From Pirellulales bacterium (GTDB lineage Bacteria > Planctomycetota > Planctomycetia > Pirellulales > PALSA-1355): 64,000 nt of DNA. Shown in pieces: positions 43,805-54,801 of the stretch; position 1 is the first letter of the stretch, and each line of letters opens with the position of its first letter. Location: positions 2,528,001-2,592,000 of the forward strand of contig CAVTBU010000005.1 of NCBI GenBank assembly GCA_963733035.1. The letters run 5' to 3'. The notes beneath the pieces are model-generated. The model was not told the DNA's origin. It made no database searches and saw nothing but the letters and a program-made list of their open reading frames with translations. Both the position numbers and the translations under genes were made by a program.

Positions 43805-45241
43805 ATGGGGATTCCACAGGTTGTCATTGTCGGCCGACCCAACGTCGGCAAATCAAGCCTGCTCAATTGGCTGGCCCGCAAACGGCTCGCCATCGTCGAT
43901 GATACGGCCGGCGTGACTCGCGATCGAATGACGTACCTGATGTTCGAGCGCGAGCGCTATTTTGAATTGGTCGACACAGGCGGCATCGGATTCGACGATC
44001 CCGACAACCTCACCTCGAAGATCGAGCAGCAGATCGCGTCGGCCATTGAAGAGGCGGACGTTGTATTGTTCGTGGTCGATACCCGCGCAGGGCTGACGCC
44101 GCTTGACCAGGAGGTCGCGCGGCGACTGCGTTACGTCGATGCGCCGGTGATTTGCGTGGCCAACAAGGCCGACGATCACACGTTCGATACCCAGGCCGAC
44201 GAGTTCTACAAGCTTGGCCGCGGCAAGCTGATCTGCGTGAGCACCATGCAGAACCGCGGCCGCCAGCAATTGCTCGACATGATCGCCGAGCGGCTTCCGA
44301 AGCAGATAGTGGGAGAAGTTCAGCCGCCGAGTATCGATTCGGTGATGAAAGTAGCCATCGTCGGCCGTCGCAACGTGGGCAAGAGCACATTTGTCAACAC
44401 GCTGGCCCAGGCCGAGCGGATGATCGTCAGCGAGGTGGCCGGCACCACGCGCGATTCGGTGGACGTGCGATTCGAACTCGATGGAAAGCCATTCGTAGCC
44501 ATCGACACGCCGGGGCTAAAACGGAACAAAAGCATCGCCTCGGACGTGGAATTCTACAGCACGCATCGCGCTCAGCGCAGCATTCGCCGGGCCGACGTCG
44601 TGCTGATGTTTTTCGATCCAACGCAGCGGATCGGCAAGGTCGACAAGCAGCTCTGCGAATACATCGCCGAGAACTACAAGCCTTGCGTATTCGTGGTCAA
44701 CAAGTGGGATCTGGTCGCCGGCAGCATGCCCACCGAAAAGTGGGTTACCTATTTGCACGACACCTTCCGAACGATGTGGTACGTGCCGATGGCCTTCGTC
44801 ACCGGCCTGACCGGCAAAAACGTCAAGGCGCTGCTGAATCACGCCCAGATGCTCTTCAAGCAGGCCGGCCAGCGCGTGACCACGGGCCAATTGAACAAGG
44901 TGCTGCGCGAGGCCATCGATGCCAATCCGGCGCCGCTTTATCAGAACCGGCGTCCCAAGATCTATTACGCCACGCAAGTCGGCACCGAACCGCCGACGAT
45001 CGTGCTTTTTTGCAACGAACCGAAGGCCTTTAGCGAACCTTATCGCCGTTATCTGCTGGGTGCGCTCCGCGAACACATGCCGTTCGCCGAAGTGCCCATC
45101 AAGCTCTACCTTCGCAAGCGACAGTCGGGTGACGGCCGAGCCGAGATCGAAGTCGATGACTCCGAACCGGAAGTTGCAGAGGCCCCCGAATCGCTGCCCA
45201 CGGATCCCGCCGATTCAGCGATTGGCGAGACTACCGAGTAA
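43805..45241 (+). CDS. der: Ribosome biogenesis GTPase Der/EngA
   Basis: Two tandem G domains (GRPNVGKS, GRRNVGKS), GTTRD, KH-like C-terminus. Confidence 0.96.
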   Translation: MGIPQVVIVGRPNVGKSSLLNWLARKRLAIVDDTAGVTRDRMTYLMFERERYFELVDTGGIGFDDPDNLTSKIEQQIASAIEEADVVLFVVDTRAGLTPLDQEVARRLRYVDAPVICVANKADDHTFDTQADEFYKLGRGKLICVSTMQNRGRQQLLDMIAERLPKQIVGEVQPPSIDSVMKVAIVGRRNVGKSTFVNTLAQAERMIVSEVAGTTRDSVDVRFELDGKPFVAIDTPGLKRNKSIASDVEFYSTHRAQRSIRRADVVLMFFDPTQRIGKVDKQLCEYIAENYKPCVFVVNKWDLVAGSMPTEKWVTYLHDTFRTMWYVPMAFVTGLTGKNVKALLNHAQMLFKQAGQRVTTGQLNKVLREAIDANPAPLYQNRRPKIYYATQVGTEPPTIVLFCNEPKAFSEPYRRYLLGALREHMPFAEVPIKLYLRKRQSGDGRAEIEVDDSEPEVAEAPESLPTDPADSAIGETTE

Positions 45242-45484
45242 CGCTGGCGCGAACCCGCAAGACGTTTTTGCCCTCCGTTTCAGAGCCCCCAACGTCGTCC
45301 TAGGCGGCATCGCAGCCGTGGGCCGGTTTTCGGCAGGAAACCACGGCAGCGCGGTCCCTTGTGGGGCGTGTGGCAGGGGACTATCATCATTGGTTTAACT
45401 TGTTGGGACGCCGTCGGTTTCCGCGTGAAATCGTCCGTCTGCCCTCCAAACCGGCCGACCAAAATACGGCCAGAATTCTCGACT

Positions 45485-45994
45485 ATGCGTCATGTCCTTT
45501 CGGCGGTGGTTCAAAACGTCCCGGGTGTGCTGGCCCATATTTCCGGCATGCTCGCCTCGCGCGGCTACAACATCGACAGCCTGGCGGTCGGCGAAACCGA
45601 AAACGCCGACCTTTCACGGATGACCTTCGTTGTCGTGGGCGACGACACGGTGCTCGAGCAAGTGCGCAAGCAGCTCGAAAAGGTCGTTACCGTGGTCCGC
45701 GTGGTCGACGTCAGCTCGCAGGACTTTGTCGAACGCGACCTGATGTTGATCAAGGTCCGCGCGCCGCTCGGTCGACGGAGCGAGATTCGCGAGTTGGCCG
45801 ACATCTTTCGCGGTCGCATCGTCGACGTGGCCGACGAGGAAGTGATCGTCGAAATCTCCGGCCAGGAACGGAAAGTCGAATCGTTCATCGACCTGATGCG
45901 CCGATTTGGCATCGTCGAACTGGTGCGTACCGGGCGGATCGCGATGGTCCGCGGCAAACGAGCCGGTCAAGAGCCCGAGGCCAAAGCCAAATAA
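45485..45994 (+). CDS. ilvN: Acetolactate synthase small (regulatory) subunit
   Basis: NVPGVL..RGYNIDSLAVGETE, ELVRTGRIAM. Confidence 0.95.
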   Translation: MRHVLSAVVQNVPGVLAHISGMLASRGYNIDSLAVGETENADLSRMTFVVVGDDTVLEQVRKQLEKVVTVVRVVDVSSQDFVERDLMLIKVRAPLGRRSEIRELADIFRGRIVDVADEEVIVEISGQERKVESFIDLMRRFGIVELVRTGRIAMVRGKRAGQEPEAKAK

Positions 45995-46067
45995 CATCCG
46001 CTAATCATTCGCGCCGGCCGGCATTTCATGGCGGCAACGAGCGCCTTGCAAATCCGGAGAAACAAAC

Positions 46068-47069
46068 ATGACCAAAATGTACTATGAAAAAGACGCCGAC
46101 CTGTCGCTGCTCAAGGGCAAGACAATCTCAATCATCGGTTATGGTTCGCAGGGCCATGCCCATGCCCAAAACCTCCGCGATAGCGGTTGCAACGTCGTCG
46201 TCGGGCAGCGCCCCGGCAGCGCCAATTACGACCTGGCCAAGAGCCACGGCTTTGAGCCCGTCTCGGCCGAGGAAGCGGCCAAGCAGGGAGATCTGGTTAA
46301 CATCCTGTTGCCGGACGAAGTGCAAGGCGACATCTATCGCCAGTTCATCCGGCCGCAGCTCAAGCCGGGCAATATCCTGATGTGCTCGCACGGTTTCAAC
46401 GTGCACTTCGGACAAGTTGAAGCCCCTGAGGGCGTCGACACCGTGCTGGTGGCTCCCAAAGGTCCAGGCCACCTGGTGCGCAGCGAATTTGAGAAGGGGG
46501 GCGGCGTGCCCTGCTTGATCGCTTTGAACCCCGGCGCCAGCGAAACCTCGCGTGCCCTGGGTCTGGCCTATGCCAAGGGAATCGGTGGCGCCCGAGCGGG
46601 TATCATCGAAACCACCTTTGCCGAAGAGACCGAGACCGATCTGTTCGGCGAACAAGCCGTGCTTTGCGGCGGCGTCAGCGCGCTGGTCAAGGCCGGTTTT
46701 GATACGCTCGTCGAAGCCGGCTATCAGCCCGAAATGGCCTATTTCGAATGCATGCACGAGCTGAAGTTGATCGTCGACTTGTTCTATCAGGGCGGTTTGA
46801 ATTACATGCGTTACAGCGTGTCGAACACGGCCGAGTACGGCGACTACACGCGTGGCCCGCGAATCGTGAACGAGGAAACTCGCAAGGAGATGAAGCGGAT
46901 TCTCGAGGAGATTCAGTCGGGCCAGTTTGCCCGGGACTGGATGCTGGAGAACAAGGCCAACGCGCCGTCGTTCAAGGCCACGCGCCGTCGCGAGCGATTG
47001 CATCCGATCGAGGAAGTCGGTCGCAAACTCCGCCGGTTGATGCCCTGGATCAACTCCAAGGAAGTTTAG
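46068..47069 (+). CDS. ilvC: Ketol-acid reductoisomerase
   Basis: [43 protein letters not shown]. Confidence 0.98.
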   Translation: MTKMYYEKDADLSLLKGKTISIIGYGSQGHAHAQNLRDSGCNVVVGQRPGSANYDLAKSHGFEPVSAEEAAKQGDLVNILLPDEVQGDIYRQFIRPQLKPGNILMCSHGFNVHFGQVEAPEGVDTVLVAPKGPGHLVRSEFEKGGGVPCLIALNPGASETSRALGLAYAKGIGGARAGIIETTFAEETETDLFGEQAVLCGGVSALVKAGFDTLVEAGYQPEMAYFECMHELKLIVDLFYQGGLNYMRYSVSNTAEYGDYTRGPRIVNEETRKEMKRILEEIQSGQFARDWMLENKANAPSFKATRRRERLHPIEEVGRKLRRLMPWINSKEV

Positions 47070-47096
47070 CCTCGCGCTTTTTATAGGAAGCCCACG

Positions 47097-47372
47097 ATGA
47101 GCACCAACGCCGCATCGCGCCAATTGTTCACCGAGCTCAAGCCGGGAGATCGCATCGAAGTCGAGCATCAGGTGAAGGTGGGCTCGTCGAAAACCTGGAC
47201 CACGCTCACGGTCGGCACGGTTGAACATACGGAGCGTCGCCGCCAGGGGCTGCATTTCCGCCGCAATCGCGACGATAAGGTATTTGCCGACATGATCGTG
47301 CTCCGCCGCGACGACGGCGAGTTGACGACGATCACCATGGACGAATTCACCGAGCTCCGAAAGCTCCGCTAA
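47097..47372 (+). CDS. Small hypothetical protein
   Basis: AGGA RBS, clean 91-aa ORF after ilvC. Confidence 0.75.
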   Translation: MSTNAASRQLFTELKPGDRIEVEHQVKVGSSKTWTTLTVGTVEHTERRRQGLHFRRNRDDKVFADMIVLRRDDGELTTITMDEFTELRKLR

Positions 47373-47522
47373 CACCTCACGTGTGCGATCGAGTGCCGCC
47401 TCGCGGAGAGGCCCGAGGAGTGACTGCCTTGGGTATTTCCCTGCGCCCGGAGAGCGACGAAGGGCGTATAATGATTACATGCCCAATACGATTGCTATTT
47501 CTTCGCCGCCGCTGCTCTGTCG

Positions 47523-48419
47523 ATGAATTCTTCTTCCCGCGACGGACACCCCCTGCACACGCACCACGAACGTTCGTTTCATACGAACCGTTTCGTATAT
47601 CCGGTGCTCAGCCGGCGGTCGGGCGGAATCTCGGTCGGCGTGAATCTGAACCCCGACAAAGTGTGCAATTTCGATTGCATCTATTGCCAGGTCGATCGCA
47701 CTCGGCAAAGCGAAACGCGGTTCGTGGCCATGAACGAACTATTGGCCGAGCTCGAACAAATGCTTCGCCTCGTTCATTCCGGCGAACTGTTCGAAACGCC
47801 GCAGTTCGCCTCCACGCCGCAAGAACTACGCCACCTGAACGACATGGCCTTTAGCGGCGACGGCGAGCCCACGACCTACCGCAACTTCGATGAAATCCTC
47901 TCGGCTTGCGCTCAGATCAAGGGCCGACTGGGCCTCGACGACGTGAAAATGGTGCTAATCACCAACGCCAGCATGTTTCATCGTGCGCATGTGAAGCGAG
48001 GGTTGGCGATTCTTGATGACCACAACGGCGAAATCTGGGCCAAGCTCGAAGCCGGCACCGAGGCATACTTTCAACTCGTCGATCGCACGCCGATTCCGTT
48101 TCGACAAATCCTCGACAATATCGCTAGTGCTGCGCAGATGCGCCCGCTTGTCATTCAATCGTTGTTCATGCGGGTCAACGGAGAAGCACCCCCGGCAGAT
48201 GAGTTGGCCGCGTTTTGCGAACGACTCCGGGAAATCACGGCCAAAAACGGACAGATCAAGCTGGTTCAGGTTTACACCGTTGCACGACGTCCGGCCGAGT
48301 CGTACGTCGCGCCGCTATCGAATGAGGAAGTCGATGCGATCGTCAACCTCGTCGCGACGCGCACGGGACTGCCTGCGACCGCCTTCTACGGCATTGGCTC
48401 GGCGGCGGATCACGAATAG
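47523..48419 (+). CDS. Radical SAM protein
   Basis: CNFDCIYC, FSGDGEPT, LITN. Confidence 0.93.
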   Translation: MNSSSRDGHPLHTHHERSFHTNRFVYPVLSRRSGGISVGVNLNPDKVCNFDCIYCQVDRTRQSETRFVAMNELLAELEQMLRLVHSGELFETPQFASTPQELRHLNDMAFSGDGEPTTYRNFDEILSACAQIKGRLGLDDVKMVLITNASMFHRAHVKRGLAILDDHNGEIWAKLEAGTEAYFQLVDRTPIPFRQILDNIASAAQMRPLVIQSLFMRVNGEAPPADELAAFCERLREITAKNGQIKLVQVYTVARRPAESYVAPLSNEEVDAIVNLVATRTGLPATAFYGIGSAADHE

Positions 48420-48476
48420 GTCCGATTCAGGTGGCCCTGTTCTAGCCAAGGCCTGACCGATCTCTCGTGGTCGTGT

Positions 48477-49514
48477 TTATGGCATCACTTGCGGATAGAC
48501 ATGGTACCCGGGAATCGCAAGGTCGCAGCAATACAGGCCGTACTTTTTCGCATCACCGCCGGACGACGATGGTGACGCGGCCGTCACGTAGAGCCGTTTC
48601 GCCTCCGTGCCGACACCAAAGACACAGTTGGTTGGATCACCGGGCGTGGAGATGAATGCCAGCGGAATTCCGGTCGAACTGAACACATAAATCCCGGCTT
48701 CGTCACCGGCGCCGGCGGCCGAGTAGATATTGCCGCGCTGGTCAAGGGTCATGCCGTCGATGCCCCGCTTATGGGCGCCAAAATCGAACAGCACGCGTTT
48801 GTTGCCCAACGCGCCGTTGGGCCCAATGTCGAACGCCAACAACGTATGGGCACCGGTCGGGTCGCTATTGTGATCGGCCACGTACACCGTCCGTTGGTTC
48901 GGCGCCACAAGGATGCCGTTGGGCTTCTCGACGTCGCGCGTGGCGACCTTCACCTTGCCGCTGGGTTCCACCAGAAACACCGCCTCGAACGCCAATTCTC
49001 GTGGTTCGCTGCCGACGTAGCGGGGATCCGTGAAATAGACATTGCCGGTTTTGGTGATCGCCAAATCATTGGGGCTATTGAAGCGTTTACCTTCGTAGGA
49101 GTCGGCCAGCGTGCGCACCTTCCTGTCGATTCCGGTGATCGAGATGCGCCGCTCTCCGCCAGGGCCGGCTCCTTCGCAGGCGATGAGCTGACCTTTGGAG
49201 TCGTACATCAAACCGTTTGCTTTTCCGCTCGGTTCGCGAAAGACGCCGGCCTCCTGTGTTTTCGGGTCGAACCGCATGATGCGATTGCCAATGTCGGAAA
49301 ACAGAATATCGCCGCCGGCCATCGGCGCGGGACCTTCGGTGAACTCGCCCTCGTCCCAAAGCAATTGCATTTTGGCGCCCGGCGGAATGACCTGTTCCTG
49401 GAACTTCGGAACGAAGTTCGGCACTGGGTGCCCGGCGCGGGAAAGGTCACCGAAGCACGTGATTGCTAGCAGGCAGAGCGGCAGCGAAATTGTCCGACAG
49501 ACGTTGCAATGCAT
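48477..49514 (-). CDS. SMP-30/gluconolactonase family secreted protein
   Basis: FTEGP, ANG, NSPND, FTDP, PNG, DGM, TNCVFG; start uncertain. Confidence 0.92.
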   Translation of the reverse strand: MHCNVCRTISLPLCLLAITCFGDLSRAGHPVPNFVPKFQEQVIPPGAKMQLLWDEGEFTEGPAPMAGGDILFSDIGNRIMRFDPKTQEAGVFREPSGKANGLMYDSKGQLIACEGAGPGGERRISITGIDRKVRTLADSYEGKRFNSPNDLAITKTGNVYFTDPRYVGSEPRELAFEAVFLVEPSGKVKVATRDVEKPNGILVAPNQRTVYVADHNSDPTGAHTLLAFDIGPNGALGNKRVLFDFGAHKRGIDGMTLDQRGNIYSAAGAGDEAGIYVFSSTGIPLAFISTPGDPTNCVFGVGTEAKRLYVTAASPSSSGGDAKKYGLYCCDLAIPGYHVYPQVMP

Positions 49515-49771
49515 GATGTTTACCCCGGCAAGTTTTCGACCCAACCTGAACAAGCGTCCCTATTGTGTGCTGGCCGCGCCGCGGGCCGCAAGTTCCACGG
49601 CAAGTTTCCGACACAGCCGGCACGACCCGCACGACGAGCCCGACCGCTGCCAGCCGCCAACCCGCGCGACGGCCCGGACGTTGCTAGCCGTGGCGTATGG
49701 TTGAATCGAGACCGGTCGGTTTCCCGGTTTGCGTTCTTGCACGTCGCCCCCGCGCGCCAGGATTTCGTCTC

Positions 49772-51181
49772 GTGGATTTGATGCTTTTGGCCGTTGGAGC
49801 GCTGGTGGCCGTGGTCTGGTCGGCCGTCTTGATGGCTCGAGGCGGCCTGGTCGGCACGGCCCTGTTGGTGCTGCTGGCGGGATGCTGTTTTGGGCATCCG
49901 TTCTTTCACGTGGCGACTGGCGCCGTACCGCTAACGTCCGACCGCTTGCTGTTGGTTGTCCTCGTGGCGCAATACGCCGTTTATCGCCATTGGGGTTGGA
50001 CCGATTCCAAGCCGTTGGCAAAAGTGGACTTTTTGTTGGCCGCGTTGCTGTCGGTGTTGGTCATCAGCACGCTGACGCACAATTTTCGCATCGAAGGCTC
50101 CCGTCCATTGGCCTTCCTGGTGATCTTCTATTTGATGCCGACGACCTTGTACTGGGTCGCGCGTGAGACACGCTGGACCGCCGACGCCGCCTGGTGGGTG
50201 CTCGGTTCGCTCGCCGTTTTCGGCCTGTACTTGTGTTTGACGGCTGTGGCCGAGACACACGGTTGGTGGTCGTTGGTCTTTCCGCGCTACATCACTTCGG
50301 TCCAATACGAGGAGTTTTTGGGGCGCGGACGCGGACCATTCCTCAATCCGGTGTCCAACGGCATTTTTCAGGGCGTCGGGCTGTGCGCCGCGTTGCTGTG
50401 GTGGCCCCGATTGCATCGACCGGGTCAACTCCTATTGTTGGCGGCCATCCCAATTTACGCGTGGGGCGTTTACAGCACGCTGACGCGCAGCGTGTGGATG
50501 GGCGCCGGCTGTGGATTGTTGATCGTGGTGGGGATGGCGACGCCGCGCACCTGGAGAGGTGTTGTCGTGGGAAGCGCGATCATGTCGTCGCTAGTGGCCG
50601 CCGCGGTCGGTTGGGAAAGTCTGATGACGTTCAAACGCGACAAGGATCTCGACGCGGAACTGACGGCCGAGTCGGCCAAGCTCCGCCCGGTCCTGGCCAC
50701 CGTCGCCTGGCACATGTTCCTCGATCGCCCACTGTTGGGATTTGGTTTTGGGCAATACCGCGAGGAAATGCCCGACTACCTGGCCGATCGTTCGACCGAC
50801 CTGCCCTTGGAGAAGGCCAGGCCGTTCGTGCAGCACAACGTCTTTTTGGCAATCCTGACTGAAACCGGGCTCGTTGGCCTGGGCCTTTTCGTCGCCGTGC
50901 TCGGCTGTTGGACTTGGGGAGCCTGGCAACTGTGGCGCAGCAACTCGTTGCCGATCTGGGAGAACCAGCTGGGGCTTCTGTTTCTGGCCACGATCGGCGT
51001 CTACTTGCCCAACGGCATGTTTCACGACGTCTCGATCGTGGCCATGGTCAACATGCTGTTGTTTTTTCTGGGTGGCACGATCGCGGGGCTGTCCTTGACG
51101 AGCCGGGCCGTGGAGCGAGCCCAGGAGAGCAGCCAACCGGCGGGGAACACGAACTTCGAAAAATCGCTGGTGTTGCACTAG
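49772..51181 (+). CDS. O-antigen ligase (Wzy_C) family membrane protein
   Basis: Many TMs; RGRGPFLNP, TLTRSVW, PLLGFGFG, HNVFL..ETG. Confidence 0.88.
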   Translation: MDLMLLAVGALVAVVWSAVLMARGGLVGTALLVLLAGCCFGHPFFHVATGAVPLTSDRLLLVVLVAQYAVYRHWGWTDSKPLAKVDFLLAALLSVLVISTLTHNFRIEGSRPLAFLVIFYLMPTTLYWVARETRWTADAAWWVLGSLAVFGLYLCLTAVAETHGWWSLVFPRYITSVQYEEFLGRGRGPFLNPVSNGIFQGVGLCAALLWWPRLHRPGQLLLLAAIPIYAWGVYSTLTRSVWMGAGCGLLIVVGMATPRTWRGVVVGSAIMSSLVAAAVGWESLMTFKRDKDLDAELTAESAKLRPVLATVAWHMFLDRPLLGFGFGQYREEMPDYLADRSTDLPLEKARPFVQHNVFLAILTETGLVGLGLFVAVLGCWTWGAWQLWRSNSLPIWENQLGLLFLATIGVYLPNGMFHDVSIVAMVNMLLFFLGGTIAGLSLTSRAVERAQESSQPAGNTNFEKSLVLH

Positions 51182-51212
51182 GGTCCGCGATGGTGGACAA
51201 GGAGTGAGAACG

Positions 51213-52070
51213 ATGTTGCATTGCATTCGACGGTGGGGCAAATCGACGCTACGTCGGTGGCCACGTCTGTATCGCACCTTCAAACGCTGGTACGGCAACC
51301 TCACCTACCGGTTGCGGATTCCGCACGATGAGGACTTTGCGTTCTTCCGTAACTTTGGAGGTCGCGAAGGACTGCTAGTTGACGTCGGAGCCAACACGGG
51401 GCAATCGGCGCGCTCCGTGCGGATCTTCAACCGCGCGTTGAATATCCTGTCGTTCGAGCCAAACCGACTGCTCGCGTCCGAACTGGCCGCCACGCGTCGA
51501 TTGCTCGGCCCCGGCTTCGACTATCGTATGGTAGGGCTCGGTCGCCGGGAACAGACGCTGACGCTCTTTTGCCCCGTCGCCGGCAACACGCCGCTGACGC
51601 CGTGGGCAACCGCTGACCGGTCCTCACTCGAACGCAACCGCGCCTTGATCGAGCGCGAGGCCGGCACCACGATCCACGTCACCTCCGTGCCGATTGAGAT
51701 TTGTCGATTCGACGATCTGCACCTGCACCCCGTGGCCGTCAAGATCGACGTCGAAGGCTTGGAACTCGAAGTGTTGCAAGGGATGCGCGAAACGCTCGAA
51801 CACGACGAACCGATCCTGATGATCGAGTGCAGTGATCACACGCCGCAGGTGGCCGAGTTCCTGGCCGCGTTCGGCTATCACACGTATGCCTACGATCCGC
51901 GCGCCAACGCACTCCGCGAAACCGACGATCCGGCCGCCACGACCAACTATTTTGCCTGCACGCCGGGAGTACTCGAGCGGCTCGTTGATACCTCATCGCT
52001 AAGGGTCATCGTCGCGCCGGCAAGCCGCGCCGACCAGCCCCTCGCCATGTCGCCAATCAGAACCGAGTAA
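51213..52070 (+). CDS. FkbM family methyltransferase
   Basis: VDVGANTG, FEP, KIDVEGLE; AAGGAG RBS. Confidence 0.92.
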   Translation: MLHCIRRWGKSTLRRWPRLYRTFKRWYGNLTYRLRIPHDEDFAFFRNFGGREGLLVDVGANTGQSARSVRIFNRALNILSFEPNRLLASELAATRRLLGPGFDYRMVGLGRREQTLTLFCPVAGNTPLTPWATADRSSLERNRALIEREAGTTIHVTSVPIEICRFDDLHLHPVAVKIDVEGLELEVLQGMRETLEHDEPILMIECSDHTPQVAEFLAAFGYHTYAYDPRANALRETDDPAATTNYFACTPGVLERLVDTSSLRVIVAPASRADQPLAMSPIRTE

Positions 52071-52128
52071 CTCAGACCAGGCACGGCACACGCGCCAACG
52101 TTCTATCGGTTGCGGCACTGGCAATCGA

Positions 52129-52851
52129 TCAGGCTTGTCGGGCTCCCAGCTGCGGAAGTCGTCCGCGCTGGGGAGCCTCCCGCGGATCGCGAAGCATGCC
52201 AAAGCGGCTCGCCTGCCATAGGGCGCGGGTGCGTGTTTCAATGGCCGTCAGCCAACCGTGACGCCAGCAACCTGTGTCGATGCAAACCAGAAACCCCAGG
52301 TCTAGTATTTCGCTATTGTGCTGTTCGGTGTGTCCGACGAACACGGTTTTGCCGGAGCCGTGCGGCCGTGCCTCGTCGGCTTCCAACAACGCCCAACGCA
52401 ACTGATGGTCGGGCTGATCGCTCATCGGCACGTCGGGCAAGTAGCCAGCGTGCGTGAAAATGAAATCGTCGGTCTCGTAATAGGACCGGCAGCTTTGCAC
52501 CAACGCCCAATGAGCTGGCGGGATGCTGGCCAGCGTGGCGCCATAGCGATAGGAATTCAACGTGGCGAGTCCACCGCAGACTTCCCAGTAGCGGAGGGCC
52601 GTCTCGCTCTGGCGAGCCGCTAACATCATTTCCTCGTGATTTCCCTGGATCAGAACCACCTGACATTGGTCGTTCAGCGCGATCACTCGATCGAGGACTT
52701 CGCGGCTGTCGTGTCCTTGATCGATCAGATCGCCGAGGAAGACCAGACAGTCGTCTCGAGATGGTGAGATCGCCTCAACCAGCGCGTCGAGCGCATGCAC
52801 ACAACCGTGCACGTCGCCAATGGCAATCAGTCGGGCAGGCTGCGTGGACAT
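52129..52851 (-). CDS. Metallophosphoesterase (PPP-type Ser/Thr phosphatase)
   Basis: IGDVHG, LGDLID, GNHE, VGHT, IDTG. Confidence 0.93.
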   Translation of the reverse strand: MSTQPARLIAIGDVHGCVHALDALVEAISPSRDDCLVFLGDLIDQGHDSREVLDRVIALNDQCQVVLIQGNHEEMMLAARQSETALRYWEVCGGLATLNSYRYGATLASIPPAHWALVQSCRSYYETDDFIFTHAGYLPDVPMSDQPDHQLRWALLEADEARPHGSGKTVFVGHTEQHNSEILDLGFLVCIDTGCWRHGWLTAIETRTRALWQASRFGMLRDPREAPQRGRLPQLGARQA

Positions 52852-52982
52852 GATCGGCTCCGCCTCGGGCCAAGCTGTTCGACAATCAAACGGTAAGCAG
52901 CCGTTCCACATGCTGCAAGTGCAGGATTTCGTCCAACCGCATCAGGCCTGGCCCACGGTGCCTCACCGAAAAGACTTTCGAC

Positions 52983-54668
52983 CTACTGCGGGATCATCCA
53001 AGTCAACCAGTAGGCCTGCGCCAGCGTAAGTAAGCCAACCAGACACGCCAACGCAATACTGTGCAGGAAGACGAACCGCAGGATCTTCCCTTCGCCACCC
53101 GACTGCCCCGTGGCCACGGCCGCCACGACGATGCTTTGCGCGTCGATCATCTTGCCCATCACGCCACCCGTGCTGTTCGAGGCGACGATTAATACGGGGT
53201 TCAAGCCGAGCTGTTCGGCCGTAATCCGCTGAAGGCTGCCGAACAGGGCATTGGACGACGTATCCGAACCGGTCAGCGCCACGCCGAGCCAACCGAGCAT
53301 GGGCGCGAAAAAAGGATAAAACCAGCCGGTGCGGGTGAACGCCAGCCCCAGTGTGGCATCGCCGCCGCTGTATTTAGTAACGAATGCCAACGCGAGCATG
53401 CAGGCGATCGTCAATAGAGCCCAGCGCATCTTGGAAAGCGTCAACAGGAACTGCAGAGCGAAGGCGGCCGGGGTGATGCGCAGCCAAAACGCCGAAAGAA
53501 TTGCGGCCATGAAGATGCCTGTGCCAGTCGTGGAGAGCCAGTTGAAATCGTAAACCGCCTTCTCCCCTTGTGCAGCGCGGTCGCTGCCGCTGGGCACATC
53601 CACCACCGGAGCTGCGCGGTACACGCGACCGTCCAACCGCGGCATTTCCCATGAGTAGCGTGTGACGCCGGCCAATGCATTCGGGTTGTCGGGAGGGCCG
53701 CCATTGAGCAGTTCGCGGAATTGCGGCCCTCCCCACAAAAACACCAGCACCGACAACAGCACCCAGGGAACCCAGGCATAGACGATTTGCCGTCGCGTGA
53801 GGTGCCGATGTTCATCGCTCGGGGGCTCCCCCGCTTCGTCGGGAAAGCGCCAGACTTCTTTCGGTTGCCAGAACCTCAGAAAGATTGTCAGGCACACGAG
53901 CGAACCGAGTCCGCCGACAACGTCGACCAGCGTCGGCCCGTGAAAATTCGCGGCCAGGTACTGAATGCCCGCAAAACTGCCGCCACATACCAGGATCGCC
54001 GGCCAACAGCCGACGACGCCGCGCCAGCCGGCCATCGTCGCTACCAGCCATGCCGGCACGATGACCGAGAAGAACGGCAACTGTCGTCCCGCCATCTGGC
54101 TGAGTACCATTTCGTCGAGGCCGGAAATCTTCGCCAGCGTGGTGATGGGGGTGCCCAGCGCGCCGAACGCCACGGGCGAAGTGTTCGCCAGCAGCGCAAG
54201 CCCGGCGGCATACAACGGTGAAAAACCCAAGCCAATCAGCAGCGCCGCCGAAATAGCCACCGGCGTACCAAAACCGGCGGCCCCCTCGATAAACGTGCCG
54301 AAGGAAAATGCAATCAACAGGGCCTGCATCCGCCGGTCTGGCGAGATCGCGGCCACCGAGTGCTTAACCACCTCGAACTGTCCGGCGCGGACGGTGAGGT
54401 GAAACAAGAACACCGCCGAGAGCACAATCCAACCGATCGGCAACAGTCCAAAACAGGCACCGTACGCGGCCGAGGCCAACGCCGCGTTGCCTGGCATGCC
54501 GAAGCCTAGAATGGCGACGCCCATGGCCACGAGCAGTCCGATCAGCGCCGCGCGGGGTGCAGGCTGGCCCGCGACCAGCAGGCCCAACAGCACCACGATT
54601 GGTGCCGCGGCCATCAACGTGGAGAGCCACGGCGAACCCAATGGATCGTAAACCTGTACCCAGTCCAT
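52983..54668 (-). CDS. lctP: L-lactate permease
   Basis: EGAAGFGTP, NTSPVAFGALG, GSDTSSNALFG, MGKMI. Confidence 0.93.
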   Translation of the reverse strand: MDWVQVYDPLGSPWLSTLMAAAPIVVLLGLLVAGQPAPRAALIGLLVAMGVAILGFGMPGNAALASAAYGACFGLLPIGWIVLSAVFLFHLTVRAGQFEVVKHSVAAISPDRRMQALLIAFSFGTFIEGAAGFGTPVAISAALLIGLGFSPLYAAGLALLANTSPVAFGALGTPITTLAKISGLDEMVLSQMAGRQLPFFSVIVPAWLVATMAGWRGVVGCWPAILVCGGSFAGIQYLAANFHGPTLVDVVGGLGSLVCLTIFLRFWQPKEVWRFPDEAGEPPSDEHRHLTRRQIVYAWVPWVLLSVLVFLWGGPQFRELLNGGPPDNPNALAGVTRYSWEMPRLDGRVYRAAPVVDVPSGSDRAAQGEKAVYDFNWLSTTGTGIFMAAILSAFWLRITPAAFALQFLLTLSKMRWALLTIACMLALAFVTKYSGGDATLGLAFTRTGWFYPFFAPMLGWLGVALTGSDTSSNALFGSLQRITAEQLGLNPVLIVASNSTGGVMGKMIDAQSIVVAAVATGQSGGEGKILRFVFLHSIALACLVGLLTLAQAYWLTWMIPQ

Positions 54669-54801
54669 ATCCAAATCCGCCTCACGATTGAATGTTCTGG
54701 CCGCCGTGGATTTGTGCTATTCGGTGCGGCGGCAGGCTGTTAGTCTACTGGTTACAGCGAACCGCGAATATCACCTTGCAGGCCGAAAGGAGGCTCTTCC
54801 G

